Shown here: positions 1 through 12,482 of the stretch, piece by piece | Layout: each line of letters starts with the position of its first letter | How positions within the stretch are numbered: the stretch's first letter is position 1 | Assembly (NCBI GenBank): GCA_951804945.1 | Contig: OX638155.1 | Coordinates: 23,374,001 to 23,438,000, forward strand | Direction: 5' to 3' | Length of the DNA: 64,000 nt | From: Podarcis cretensis | Taxonomy: Eukaryota | Notes under the pieces: model-generated | The model's database searches: none | Told to the model about the DNA's origin: nothing | What the model saw: the letters and a program-made list of their open reading frames with translations, nothing else | Translations under genes and position numbers: made by a program

Positions 1-131
1 TAATATCACATTCACAGAAATCCAAACCCCAAAGCATCTCTACCTAGGCTCAATCAGCATGACCGCTTCCTCCTTTGTCAAAATAGGCACACATCTATTT
101 ATTCTATATTCCTGATAGACCATGTGAATTA

Positions 132-475
132 CAGTGGTGCCTCACAACAAAATTAATCCGTTCCGTGAGGCTCTTCGTATAGCGTTTTTTTCGTCTTGCG
201 AAGCAAGCCCATTGACAGCTTAGCGGATTAGCGCTATTAGCGGCTTTTAGCGATCAGCTGTTAAGCGGCTTATCAGTGGATCAGCTGATAAGCGGCTTAG
301 CGGCTTAGGAAAAGGGGGAAAAAGGGGGGGAACCCACAGGAACTCGCAAGACATTTTCGTCTTGCGAAGCAAGCCCATAGGGAAATTCGTTTTGCGAAGC
401 GCCTCCAAAACGGAAAACCCTTTTGTCTAGCAGGTTTTCCGTCTTGCGAGGTGTTCGTCTTGCGGGGCACCACTG
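132..475. mobile_element. Non-autonomous Tc1/mariner-pogo(Tigger)-type MITE
   Basis: TIRs CAGTGGTGCCTCACAACA / revcomp CAGTGGTGCCCCGCAAGA; TA on both flanks; internal TTAGCGGC repeats. Confidence 0.85.
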
Positions 476-609
476 TACACCCTCACTGGTATGGAAAGTG
501 TGAGAAAGAAGAGATAACGGGTAAAAACAAGTGATAATTTGCTAAGCGATAACTACCATGTGCAACCATGTGAGAAACTGGTTGGTTGTTATATCTCCGC
601 TATGTGGTG

Positions 610-916
610 CAGGGGTGGCCAAACCACAGCCCATGGCCAGCCTTGCGAAAGGTTTTTTTGTGCTCCCCAAGACTCCTTCCCAAATTTGTCTTTTTTTTAA
701 AAAGCATTTGACTGCTCTTGTTGGAAGTGTGCTGTGATGCAAAAGGTTTTTGTGATCCCTCTTAAAAATCATCCTTTAAAAAATGCTTTAATGAAATGTA
801 ATAATGAATGTAAATGCTGTAGAACAGCTGAAGGAATATTCTTTGGGTAGGCAGCTCTCCTCACACCCACTTTTGTGCTTTGGAGATGTCCACTGTGACA
901 GTGTTAGCCACCCCTG
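610..916. mobile_element. Degenerate hAT-type MITE
   Basis: TIRs CAGGGGTGGCCAAAC / GTTAGCCACCCCTG; flanks ATGTGGTG / ATGTGTAG (decayed 8-bp TSD). Confidence 0.65.
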
Positions 917-1765
917 ATGTGTAGTGGAAAGGATTGTTCCCTGGATGTGTACGCAATCAAAACAATTGGGGAATGAGAAGTCTATTGCAAATTGCTACCT
1001 CCCCTCTTGCATGCATGCCACAGTAAATTGCCAGGTTCAATATCTACCAAGTATTCACCCCATTTACAGATATATGCTTCTGGCCTGAAACATGGAGGTG
1101 AGAACCGTCCCTCCCCTCCCTAGCTGGTGCCCCGGGGTCAAATTGAATTAGCTGTTTGCCACGTAGATTGTCCTTGCATAATTGGACGTTACTTCACAAA
1201 TAGATGATGTCAACACTCATTGCCAAACCAGGACAGTGATGTGGGAGGAAATGATGCAAGTATTTGCCCTCATCATGATCCCTAGCAGAACCTCCCACCA
1301 CATCAGACACACCTATTTGCAACGGGAGGACATTTTGATCAGGACCATGCTGGAGTCAGTAGCAGCCACAACTACAGTGAGCTCCTAGCTGTGTTGCCTC
1401 TCCCCATCTCCTTCTTGGCAACCAGCAGTGACACGCAGCATTGGGAAGCCAGCTGGGCAATGCCATCCAACAGCACATCTCTCAAGAACACCTGTATCTC
1501 TGGTTACTGTACAAGGTATGCAAAAAAAGGTAGCTGCAACAAATGAGATTGCATTCAAGAGCAGTCCTTCAAAACTCACTCTGAATCTCAAACACCCACC
1601 ATCATGAATCCCATTTCCACCTCTGGAGCAAACTCCTGAAATGGCACCTCTCTTGGAATCTGCAGGTACTAAGTTTATGCAGCTGGCTAGAAGCACGAGC
1701 GACAATTTAAAGTGATGTCCTTTGGCAGAACAGCAAATATTTTTCTATTTTTTTTATCATTGCAG

Positions 1766-1885
1766 GTACATTTGTCGTGCAAGTCACAGCAACTGATGCC
1801 GATGACCCTACGTATGGGAACAGCGCTCGAGTTGTCTACAGCATTCTCCAGGGGCAGCCATATTTTTCCGTCGAGTCTGAGTCAG
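1766..1885 (+). CDS. CDH6: Cadherin-6 coding exon (approx. human exon 4), EC2
   Basis: tgcag|GTACATTT...GAGTCAG|gtcagg; 120 nt; reads (G)[39 protein letters not shown], with the Ca-binding DADD motif. Not shown in this frame in the ORF track. Confidence 0.96.
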
Positions 1886-2672
1886 GTCAGGAGACCTTAA
1901 TCTGTCATTCTCTGACAACCTCCATAATTTAAAACGACGTGTTAAGTCAAGCTAGGACCTATTTGGTAAATTCTTCAAGGAAATTCTATTTGACTCAGTG
2001 CAGACTTTGAGAGGCCCGGTAGAGTGATAGATCTGTAAATATGACACATTATTTTAATATCTTAACCTAACAAAAACAGAACGGAGCCTGGATGGAAAGT
2101 CCTCCCCCCCCCCAGTCCATTTAAAACAAACAAATACTAGGAATGTTTAGGATGTCTGCATCAAAAGCAGTGCTCAGCTCAGTCGTTTGGCTTCATGAAT
2201 AAAAATGGAGAGGGGACAATCTTTTTGTCTCTCAAGGGCAACCATCCATCAGGGGTAATGTGCTAGGGGTTGCAGGAAAGCAATTGGCAGAGCCATAGAT
2301 GAAAGTGTTCCGGATTAACTAATCCAGAATAAAGATCACCCTGCTTCAATTTTCATCATGGATACTACCATGGCGGGGGGGAGGGGGAGAGAGATTAAGG
2401 CAGCTTCAGGAAGCACAGCAAGATACATACAATGAGCTCAGTGGCCAGAGGTTGTCCATCTGTCAGCAGAAAGGAAAATAAGACTATGAAGGAGATGAAT
2501 ACTGCTTAATCACAGGTCCTTCAAAAAAAGATTGGAGGCATCGTTTTTATAACTCTGTGGCTCATACAGGAAACTGACATGAAAGCCAGCTCAGCTTTGA
2601 AGTGGAAGGAGAAAGTGTGGTAGACAGGGAGATGCTGCTGACTTGTGAATAATAATAGTAATAGAAATAGAA

Positions 2673-2676
<4 letters not shown>

Positions 2677-2720
<44 letters not shown>
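2677..2720. repeat. (AAT)n microsatellite
   Basis: About 14 uninterrupted TAA units. Confidence 0.95.
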
Positions 2721-4316
2721 TCTGAAATCTGGACAGGGAATTTTCTCTCTCTTATTTTATGCAAGCATTCATTTTTGTAAAATTTACAACTACAAAGTTA
2801 GCAGTAAACTTACTTGTCTGCAATTTGGAGGGACAGTTCAGTTTCAGTTTGACAGAGTGAGGGTTACACCTTTGTCAAAGCCCACCTGAGCAGCTTTCAA
2901 AGCACCCAACAACCAGCTGTTTTGGGGGATATTTTAAAGTGCTACTCAAAGTCAATTTGCCCTGGCTGATGTGAAGGCACATCAATCCTGCTTGGTCCAG
3001 GTGTTTTGTTTCAACATCTGAAAGGAAGTGGAGGGGGAGATTGCTTCTATCGGCACTTTGCCCCTGATACATGCTTTGAAACCTCAATGTTGGGACTTCA
3101 AAGCACCCATCTGTTCATGCACATATTTTAATGTATGGTTCTATCTGCATAGCCCCATTGTTCCTTGGCCACACTAGAGTGTAGCATATTTTTTAAGGAG
3201 CCCAATTTTTATAAACAGATGGGCAGTTTGCAAAGGCACCCTACATTTTAAAAAGCCAAATAGAATGACACTGATATTTTACCCCTCTGTTCAACTTCTT
3301 TTTTTCCCCTCCCCCCAATACTGTTTCTACCTCTAAATATATAGAAAGAATGCTTGGGGACTTGCTGTTTTCCCCATGGATTTCCTTTCAATTTAATGTT
3401 GTAGTACTATGTCTTTAATGAAGGCTTGCTTTCACCCCGTTTGTCAAAATAAAAATTTCAAATAAGAAATGGGTGGAAGAAAACACACGCACATAAATAT
3501 GCAGGACAAAAAGCAATGGAGGAAAAAAAGTTATGCTCCCTTTTAGCTTCATGAAATGCTTTAGCATGGGGTTAATAGGTTGATGAAAGAACTGCATCAA
3601 ACAGCAGTATATGCAAATAGCTTGAAGCTCTTTTCCATATTGTGCAAGTCACACAAGCAACAGAACCAGATACAATTTGACAAGGCTATAATTGAGTGCA
3701 GCAACTTGACAACACTTAAATATTTACATCGGGGTAAGTGCAACCGTTACTAGCGACTGTTGCCAAGAGGACAGAGTGGAGGTTTAGATTTATTACTTAT
3801 TTTTTTGCAATTGTTCTAGGCAGCTTTTCTGTTCAATGCACACATAGACACAAAACTACAAATAAAACATAACTCGCCTTTAAAATGTGGTGCACTACCC
3901 AAACGATTTAAAATAACACTAAGGATCACTTGCCATTCTTGACAGCAGCGGCAGTTGCGACCTGGTCCAGCCGTGGGCAAGCTGGGTAGCGCGGGGTGGG
4001 GGTGGACACAAAAACCTCCCACTCAGTTGGTCAGTATCATAAGCTCCAGCCAGCAGCAGGGAGTGACAGGACTCCCCTACCTCTTTTGAACTTACATTGG
4101 CCAATCAGAGACCAGACTGCAAGTAGGAAGTTGGAGATGGACCTGGCTAAGCCTGTTTCCACTCGGGTCCCTCCCCAAATCATCAAAGCTGGTTGCACCA
4201 TCTTCCAGCAGCGCAGTCAGCATCGGACATGCGTGCGGCACTCTGGCACTCTAACTTAAGCTTTTACAGGAAAAGTCAGTGACCTTCAATGGTGTCCTTA
4301 ATTTTCTCATTCCCAG

Positions 4317-4484
4317 GCATCATCAAAACAGCTTTGCTGAACATGGATCGAGAAAACCGAGAGCAGTACCAAGTGGTCATCCAGGCAAAAGACATGGGCG
4401 GCCAGATGGGCGGATTGTCAGGAACCACCACGGTGAACATCACATTGACGGATGTCAATGACAACCCACCTCGTTTCCCCCAGA
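4317..4484 (+). CDS. CDH6: Cadherin-6 coding exon (approx. exon 5), end of EC2
   Basis: cccag|GCATCATC...CCCCAGA|gtatgg; 168 nt; [55 protein letters not shown] (DRE and DVNDNPP motifs). Confidence 0.97.
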
Positions 4485-4758
4485 GTATGGAAGATTTAAT
4501 CATTCTGCTTTATCTAGCTCAGTTCTGCAGTCCAGTGATGGGGATGCAAAGATACACAGCAAGCCTGGTATCTTTAAAATTAGAAGAGATGGGTGTTATT
4601 GAGGGGAGGGGGTTATACCTTTTGGTCGCAAATCTGTGAAAGCTTTTGGAAAGCACCCAGCCTCACTACTGTTGACTATTGACAATTATTTCTCAGATTC
4701 ATCTTCAGCTCTGTCTATGGTATTGTAATGTCCTATTTCAAAGAGTCAAAAGAAAGTA

Positions 4759-5000
4759 CAGTGGTACCTTGGTTCTTGAACTTAATCCATTCCGGGAGTC
4801 CATTCGACTCCTGAAACAGTTCGAAAACCAACGTGCGGCTTCCAATTGGCTGCAGGAGCTTCCTGCACTCAAGCGGAAGCCGTGTTGGACCTTTGGCTTC
4901 TGAAAAATGTTAGCAAACCGGAGCACTTGCTTCTTGGCTTGCGGTGTTCGGGAGCCGATTTGTTTGGGAGCCAAGCCCTTTGAGTACCAAGGTACCACTG
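4759..5000. mobile_element. 242-bp TA-flanked Tigger/pogo-type MITE
   Basis: TIR CAGTGGTACCTTGGT at both ends; TA TSD. Confidence 0.88.
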
Positions 5001-5273
5001 TACACTGAAATCAATTTAATTAGGGGAATTTAGCCCAGTTCTTACATTGAGTACATTATAGTACATAGCTACTGGTTGTTTTTGGCTACATTCTTTCATT
5101 GGTTAAGCAGCCTTTGTGATATTTAGTATGATTCAGTGCTTGTCAGTTTGTCTAATCCTGGGCTCAAAGGCTACTGTTTTGCCAAGTACCATGGAAACCA
5201 CCAATCATTTCAGAAAACTTCCCTGCCTGGGCAAACCCTGCACATTAGAAATAAGGCTAGGCTACTGACATAT

Positions 5274-5628
5274 GGGATGTGGGTGGCGCTGTGGGTTAAA
5301 CCACTATGCTGTTTGGCTTGCCAATTGAAAGTTCACAGTTCGAATCCCCGCGACGGGGTGAGCTCCCATTGTTCGGTCCCAGCTCCTTCCAACCTAGCAG
5401 TTCGAAAGCACGCCAAAGTGCAAATAGATAAATAGGTACCGCTCCAAAGGTAAACAGTGTTTCCGTGTGCTGCTCTGGTTTGCCAGAAGTGGCTTAGTCA
5501 TGCTGGCCACATGACCCAGAAGCTGTCTGCGGATAAACGCCGGCTCCCTCGGCCAGTAAAGCGAGATGAGCGCCGCAACCCCAGAGTCATTTGCGACTGG
5601 ACTTAATTGTCAGTGGCCCCTTTACCTT
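5274..5628 (+). mobile_element. Sauria SINE
   Basis: tRNA-like head GGTGGCGCTGTGGGTTAAACC...GTTCGAATCCC; typical body; CCTTTACCTT tail; 10-bp TSD TACTGACATA (5263-5272 / 5629-5638). Confidence 0.9.
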
Positions 5629-6489
5629 TACTGACATACTAGCTTTCAACTAGCCACAAGATTTTGATGCATTCTGAAACTTCACCAAATACTTTTCTCT
5701 CCAAGGAAAATAATTCTAGATAAAAAAGTATGCCAGGTTTACATATTTGAAGATGTTGAGGGAGGCATTCCGCCAACTGAAGAATAACTCATAATATAGG
5801 GCAAACGTCAGCCTGCGGGTATGGACAGTAGGAAACTTCTGTTGACACGAGTAGGCCATAATTTGAGACTCGGCTCCATGGCCCAAAGAGAATTACACAT
5901 CTCTGGCCAAGGGCATCTCACATGGTCTGAGACAATGATGCAGAAGCACAATGACCAAAAGGTCCCCGAGACAATATATTTGGGTCATTTGCAGTGCAGC
6001 AAGTTAACATGAAGGGCTTGGGCTGTGCGTCGTCTTGTGTCGCTATGTCACATTGCACAATGGTGGTTTGCTGTTTCCTTATTCACTGTATTTGACGTAT
6101 GGATGGTTTTGGTTTGCCATAATCCATCTGGCGAAAACAGCCCTGCGTGCATTGTGAAGGGAGGACTTGTTGAAATCAGTTCAAGGGGCAGGGAAAGAGA
6201 AAAATGCCTTGTAGGGGTTTGCGGTAGAATAAAGCAGACCTGATTTAAACAAGATACTGGGCTTCTATAAAGCATTTATCCCTGCTAGGTTTCACACAGT
6301 TCTCAGCCTGTCAGGCAAGTGAATGGTTTGGCAGGTAGGCCCGCAGGGTTCGATATTCCACAGATAGAGCAACCTGTTGTTACTGTGAGCTATCTGAGGA
6401 GCCAAGGTCAGAGTCAGTCACTTCATGGGGCTAGATAAGATACTATTGGCTCCCTGCATCACCTTCTCTGTGCTGAGTTGATAGCTGCA

Positions 6490-6660
6490 GTTGTTGTTTG
6501 ACATCCATCTGTCTCGAGAGACAATGGAGTGCATCTCCAGGGGTCAAGTCAAACTGCTGCATTAGCAGCACCAAAGTAACCTACCTGGGATGCAAAGCAG
6601 GGCAGTGTGTATGGAGGTCCCAGACAGCAAGACCCGCTCTCAGCCTTATGGATATGATTG
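6490..6660 (-). mobile_element. Retroposon fragment with RTE-type 3' tail
   Basis: Minus strand ends CACTCCATTGTCTCTCGAGACAGATGGATGTCAAACAACAAC, similar to the 3' end of the RTE fragment at about 29330-29390. Confidence 0.55.
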
Positions 6661-7190
6661 CAGTTCTGTACTCTAATCATGTGTGGGACTGTCATGCAAG
6701 CTAGCCATTCCCTTCACCTGCAGGCTGCCGTACAGGTGCAGGGAAATGGATTCCTCTTCCCTACCATCATTTCCCCCCGTTTGACGAAGCACCACGACAC
6801 CAGCGCCTTTAAATCAGCACAAGGAAAGAGGAACCTTGAGCCATAAGGTGTTTACATGGCAAAAGCCAGAGGGAAACCGTTCCGGTGTGCAGACTTTGTA
6901 GCTGAAGGGTGCATAGGTTAAGTCTGATGCCAGAACAAATAGAATGGTTAAGCACTTGCCCTTTGTATCACTTAGAATCTCCTTTGAATCAGGAATACAA
7001 CAGGATGACTCTATGAGAAAGTAGAAAGTCCTGCAAGCAACTTGGAGTGGCAGCAACCGAGGAGTCAATTTACTGGTGTGGATGCTGGTAGAGAATAGAT
7101 GTAGGAAGAAAACCTCCATGTGACTGGAGATTTTGGGGGAAATGCCCCAATAGCTGTGATTGTCTGGCTAAAGTTTCCCTTTATCTCTAG

Positions 7191-7378
7191 GTGTCTACCA
7201 GTTCAAAATCCATGAGTCTGCACCTCTCGATTCGCCGGTTGGCAGGATAAAGGCTACTGACGCTGATGTGGGTCAAAATGCAGAGATGGAATACAGCATC
7301 ATCGAAGGGGACGGCTTAGAAATGTTTGGCGTCGTCACAGACAAGGCGACGCAGGAAGGCATCGTAACAGTGAAAAAG
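7191..7378 (+). CDS. CDH6: Cadherin-6 coding exon (approx. exon 6), EC3
   Basis: ctctag|GTGTCTAC...GTGAAAAAG|gtgcat; 188 nt; [62 protein letters not shown]. Confidence 0.96.
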
Positions 7379-7675
7379 GTGCATGTTCTCAGATGTTTCC
7401 TTCTGGCTTTCAGCATGCTTTTGTCACATGCGTTTTGTCTCCCACACATAGTTGTTAACACCCTTGTCAGTGCTCTGCAAAGGGTGGGGAAATAGCCTCA
7501 GAGGAAATATCTCACACTTTCGCATGACTGTCCAGATCGGATCAAGTGGCCCTGGGCAGCCCAGGCACACAGGCTGCCCTCCCCCCCTCGACACCTCCCT
7601 TCTCAACTCTGACTCATCACAAGCTATAGATCCTGCAGACTTCTTTCAGCCTGTGTCTAGAAGCTTCTTAAGCTT

Positions 7676-7914
7676 AAGTTTGGGTTTGATATCCCGCTTT
7701 ATCACTACCCAAAGGAGTCTCAAAGCGGCTAACATTCTCATTTCCCTTTCTCCCCCACAACAAACACTCTGTGAGGTGAGTGGGGCTGAGAGACTTTCAA
7801 AGAAGTGTGACTGGCCCAAGGTCACCCAGCAGCTGCATGTGGAGGAGCGGGGAATCAAACCCGGTTCACCAGATTACGAGTCCACCGCTCTTAACCACTA
7901 CACCATACTGGCTC
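7676..7914 (-). mobile_element. tRNA-derived SINE, Squam3-type (L2-like tail)
   Basis: Reverse complement of GAGCCAGT.TGGTGTAGTGGTTAAGAGCGG...GCGGGATATCAAA; five other copies in the window. Confidence 0.85.
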
Positions 7915-9480
7915 TTCTTCTTCATGCTGCAGCTCAGTGTTTATCACCACTATGAGATAATGCAAAATATAACTCTATTTAGATGCTAAACATAGTTGGG
8001 TGGGCTAGCAAAATGCCGTTCACTTATATGAGAAGAAATAAAGGGGTGCATCCTTTGAGTGTGAGCAGAACCTGCTTCTTGCCCTGTATAGCACCAGCTA
8101 ATAAGGACCATGTTTGCTCCTGTCTGAGTCAACCCATCCTATGTCTTGTTTCTTGGTCACACTAGAGCATGAGGGATATTGTGACTGAGCATTTGATTAA
8201 TTATGTGTTGGTTGCGGGCTTTTAAAAAATGGTGCCAATCGTGGTCACTAGATTGATGTTAGTTGTATTTGCTGGGTTGATTTCTGTTCTGGACCTGGGA
8301 TAAAAATGTGAACAGTGGCCATTTCTGTTACCGACAGAATTCTTTGACATCCCTAGGTGCAGCAGATCTGTTCTGTTAAATGGCAATCTGGCCTCTTTTA
8401 CAGACCAGTTCTTTTCTACATGTTACAAGGAGGGGATACATTTTAGAGACGCTGGCTAGGAATCTGCTCCACTAGCCCCCACAAATTCTCAAAAAACTGT
8501 GCCGTGTTGCATATGAAATTAAACACTCTGAAAAGCTGGGTAAAGTTAATATCACATCTACTGCAAAAGCATATTAGAGCTCTGTGTTCCTATGTATTTC
8601 CCCTCTACAATGCAATTAATAATTCTATTCGGGTACATTCTGACTTTCTCTTTTGTTGTGTCTCTTTTTTTAAAGAGCAGAGCCTTATAAGATCCTGAGT
8701 GGGAACTACTAATATGACACCTTCGTTGTCAGAAAGCATTTCACTAATCTCATTTACGAGCAACTTATCTGGCAAGCTTGATAAGGTTACAGATATCAGC
8801 CCGCATCAATTCAAATTTAGCCAACACGAAAAAGACATTGTGTAGAGTCTCAAACACGGACTTTTGCCTGTAGATCTCTGCACAACACCCGTCATTACTT
8901 GTTCATACAGAAATGCCTCATAGGACTTGATCCTGATATCACTCAATTTTCTGTTTGTGTCTGGTTCTGAAAAATAATGCTTTGGCCAGGTTTCATACAG
9001 TACAGGGGATAAAAAATGAAGAGGCATGGTTTGTCTCCTTTCCACCTAAATTGCTTGTGATGTTTCTTCTGTACCCTCAGGATTTCACGATGTAGTCAAA
9101 TCTAATTGCAACTACATCATGCACAATTCCCCCCACTTCCTCGAGCAATAGGAAATTCTAGGGGCAGCCTCTGTGGGGGCTGATTACACTGGAGAGCACT
9201 GGAAGCTTGTGGCATTTTTGCAATATCTGTTTATGCATTGAACATAGTGGGGGGAAGAAAAGCCCCATAGTCAGAAAGAGCCTGCCTATAAAGCAACATC
9301 AGTTCCCCCAGCTTCTATTTGAAACTAGGGGTGGGAGAGAAATTCAACTCAGTTTGCATTTAAAGGTGAACTTACCAAATCTGCAGTTCCCAAAACAATA
9401 TGGAAACCAAACACGGTCATCCATCAAAAGTTGTGCTTTGCTGTGTGCTTTTGCAATGCCAGGGAGCGTGTACAGATATA

Positions 9481-9722
9481 CAGTAGTACCTTGGGTTAAG
9501 AACTTAATTCGTTCTGGAGGTCTGTTCTTAACCTGAAACTGTTCTTAACCTGAAGCACCACTTTAGCTAATGACGCCTCCCGCTGCCGCCGCACCACCGG
9601 AGCACGATTTCTGTTCTCATCCTGAAGCAAAGTTCTTAACCCGAGGTACTATTTCTGGGTTAGTGGAGTCTGTAACCTGAAGCGTCTGTAACCTGAAGCG
9701 TATGTAACTCGAGATACCACTG
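9481..9722. mobile_element. 242-bp TA-flanked Tigger/pogo-type MITE, apparently nested in an older element (about 9326-9994, TAGGGGTGG...CCACTCCTA)
   Basis: Ends CAGTAGTACCTTGGGTTA / TAACTCGAGATACCACTG; TA TSD; internal AACCTGAAG repeats shared with the 14707 and 37724 copies. Confidence 0.88.
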
Positions 9723-11596
9723 TACATATATAAAAGTGTGCATAAAAATGCACACATTTGTGAAACTAACATACGAAAATATAGCGCATTAGGGAAATTT
9801 GCTTTGAGAAAACGGTGCCTCTTAAGCAAACATGCATACTGTGAGAAACTCACACGAAAAGTGCTGATGAATTTTCATGACAACTTTTTTATTTTAGAAA
9901 TCCCAAAGTGATGTTGAAATGTGGGGAACGGAAATTAAGATTGGAAAAATGAGAAACGGGGATAATTGGAAATTGAAGGATATATCCACTCCTACCTGGA
10001 GTGTTTCCTTCTTTCCCGCAAGACTCCTTCATCCTCTCAGCTACAAAACTCATATTATTTCCTCTTTAACTGGCTGCACTGCAACCAATAGCCACTTCTC
10101 CAGCTCGCAACAGAGCATCAGGACTGTCTGTGCTGTTAGGCAGAGTGAAGAAGCCATCTAAAAAACCCCAACAACCCTGATTTGGGGGTGTAATTGATTT
10201 GGGGGCAGCGAATTGATTTGGGGCAGCGAATTGTCAGTTGTTGCATTTATTACTATTGTATTTTTTACTGCCAGGGCGTGAGAGAAGTACCTGAGGGGTT
10301 GTTGCCTCAGGTGCCAAAATAACTTAGCCAGGTTTTGCACACTATATACATTGAATGGTGAGGCAGAGTTGGGGAAGCAGGGGCACCAATTGCTGTTCTT
10401 CCTGAGGCAGCAAAATATCTTGGGGTAGCCCTGCCAACCACATGGGCTGTGTCCGCGTTCGGTAGACACTGTCAAAGCTCACGAAGAAAAGTCTGGCAGA
10501 CGTCAAGTGCTACTGAGCAAGCATCTACAGCTAGTTCCAGAAACATTGACTGACCCGTCAGCGCTCATTACCAAGCAATGAAGTAAAACAAATGACGGTT
10601 TTCTCTTCCCTTGACACAACACAACAGCATCCTCACTACGCTCTTTTACCAAACGCCACGCTACATTGGTTTTGACTTCACATAACATAGTTGCATTTCC
10701 AGTGAGGAACGGCTTTCAACACACAGCTTCCCCCCAAAATGTGTCCCCTTTTCAGGTAGGGGCTCTGAGGGAAACCAAAGTCAGTTCAGAGTGGGTGATT
10801 TATTTTCTCATTTGCAAGGAAGTGTGGGAAGGCAACGACGTTGGGCATGGCCAAACACGTTTGGGAAGTGTCAGAGTAGGAAAGGCAGGAATGTTCCAAC
10901 AGAAATGAGGTCATTAATGACTTCTAAAAAGTGCAGGATCGGAGGACAAACCTCTTGTCTCACAGCAGCACATTATCTCTGGACATTAGAAAGGTTTCCG
11001 AAGTTGCCATTGTATATTTTCTTCTTCCCAAGGCATAAATGGGGCAATTGTTTGAAGTGGGAGTGCTTGAATACGGAAACACCTCTGCTCAATTTTGAGC
11101 AGTCCCAATTCAAGCAAGCACACCTTCCTTCTGGAGCAGGCCCTTCTTTGAGCTGGGGCTCAAATGCACACCCTGCATTCCTTGGTCTTCTCCAAGAAGC
11201 AACAAGAAGTGTTGTTCTTTGAAGAAGACAAAGAAGGTAGTAGATGGAGGAGGACTCTCTGCTAAAGGTTGATGAGCAACTTCATTGCCCCTTCTGCTCT
11301 CCCGCCTTGTGGTTCTTTATATTTATACCAGACACCCTCTCTCCTCTTTAAAATAGGGCACATAACCACCCTACTTTTGAGGCCGAAATCCTGGATACAC
11401 TTACTCAGGCGTATGTACCGTTGAAAACAGTAGGGCTCCCTTCTGAGCAAACATGCATTGAATTGCAGTGCAAATGTTTGTTTTGAAGTGCATAACGCGC
11501 TCATTCCACGCATTTCAGTCTGCCTCTTTGAATGTCAGGTCTCCTAGGAAAGCTGTTATCAGCTTTCTGTTTAACATGTGCATTTTCTGCTCCTAG

Positions 11597-11850
11597 GCTT
11601 TGGATTTTGAAAAGAAGAGACAGTTCACTGTGAAAGTGGAGGCAAGCAATCCTCACGTGGACCCCAGATTCCTCTATCTGGGACCCTTCAAAGACATTAC
11701 GACTGTCAGAATTGTGGTGGAGGATGTAGACGAACCTCCAGTGTTCAGCAGGCCAGCCTACGTATTTGAAGTGAAGGAAGATGTCCAGATAAACACTGTC
11801 ATAGGAACCGTGACTGCCCGAGACCCTGATGTTGCAAAGAATCCTATCAA
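11597..11850 (+). CDS. CDH6: Cadherin-6 coding exon (approx. exon 7), EC3/EC4
   Basis: cctag|GCTTTGGAT...CCTATCAA|gtaagc; 254 nt; ALDFEKKRQFTVKVEASNPHVDPRFLYLGPFKD...DVDEPPVF...DPDVAKNPIK. Confidence 0.97.
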
Positions 11851-11976
11851 GTAAGCATAGACTTTTTGCATAGAGGTTTTTGTTTTATCTCTGAACTTAG
11901 CATGTTTGGGGGGGAGGGTTAATGCCAATATCTTACTACTGTTGAGAATGACATAGTTGGTATAGCTAGGTGTTAT

Positions 11977-12482
11977 TTCAGTTGTTGTTGTTTTTTAAAG
12001 TAACTTTTATTTGGTTTTACAAAATCAATCACACAATTAGCATACTTGAAAACATTAAAAATAAAACAAGATTCTTTTGAATCTTAGGATTTCCCTCCTC
12101 CCCTCCGTAGATTCTTTAAATACCTTTGTCAACTGTATATAATAGTTCATCCAAATTAGGGTCCTCTATTGTTTCCAAAGTCTTTGTAACATTGCAAGAG
12201 TTATTTAGAGCCTGCCAAAGAGTTCAAGTGTTTACAGTCTTCTTTTAAATGCAATCTGTATTCATCCCAATCTCTATTGAAGTTCTGATCTTCCTGATTT
12301 TCCCTGTCAATCTCGCCATCTCTGTGTAATCTAGCAGTTTCATCTGCCAGTCCGCCTTCATGGGCATCTTGTCATCTTTCCATTTCTGGGCAAGCAGCAT
12401 CTTTGCAGCCGTAGTAGCATATATGAACAGTTTTTTTCAATTCCTTCGGTGCCTACAATTCCTAAGAGAAAGGCTTCTGGTC
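11977..12482 (-). mobile_element. 5'-truncated L1-clade LINE 3' end
   Basis: Minus strand encodes PEAFLLGIVG...LFIYATTAAKMLLAQKWK (L1 ORF2 C-terminus), then AATAAA and an A-rich tail; 14-bp TSD TAGCTAGGTGTTAT (11963-11976 / 12483-12496). Confidence 0.8.

Noticed and set aside
5776-5812. Possible Penelope-type hammerhead ribozyme (CTGAAGA...CAAACGTCAG)
   Set aside because: No GAAA core and no convincing stem II pairing.
9481-9722. CRISPR-like spaced repeats (AACCTGAAG units; ATAAGGGA units at 53 kb)
   Set aside because: Eukaryotic locus; these are subterminal repeats of MITEs, with no unique spacers or cas genes.
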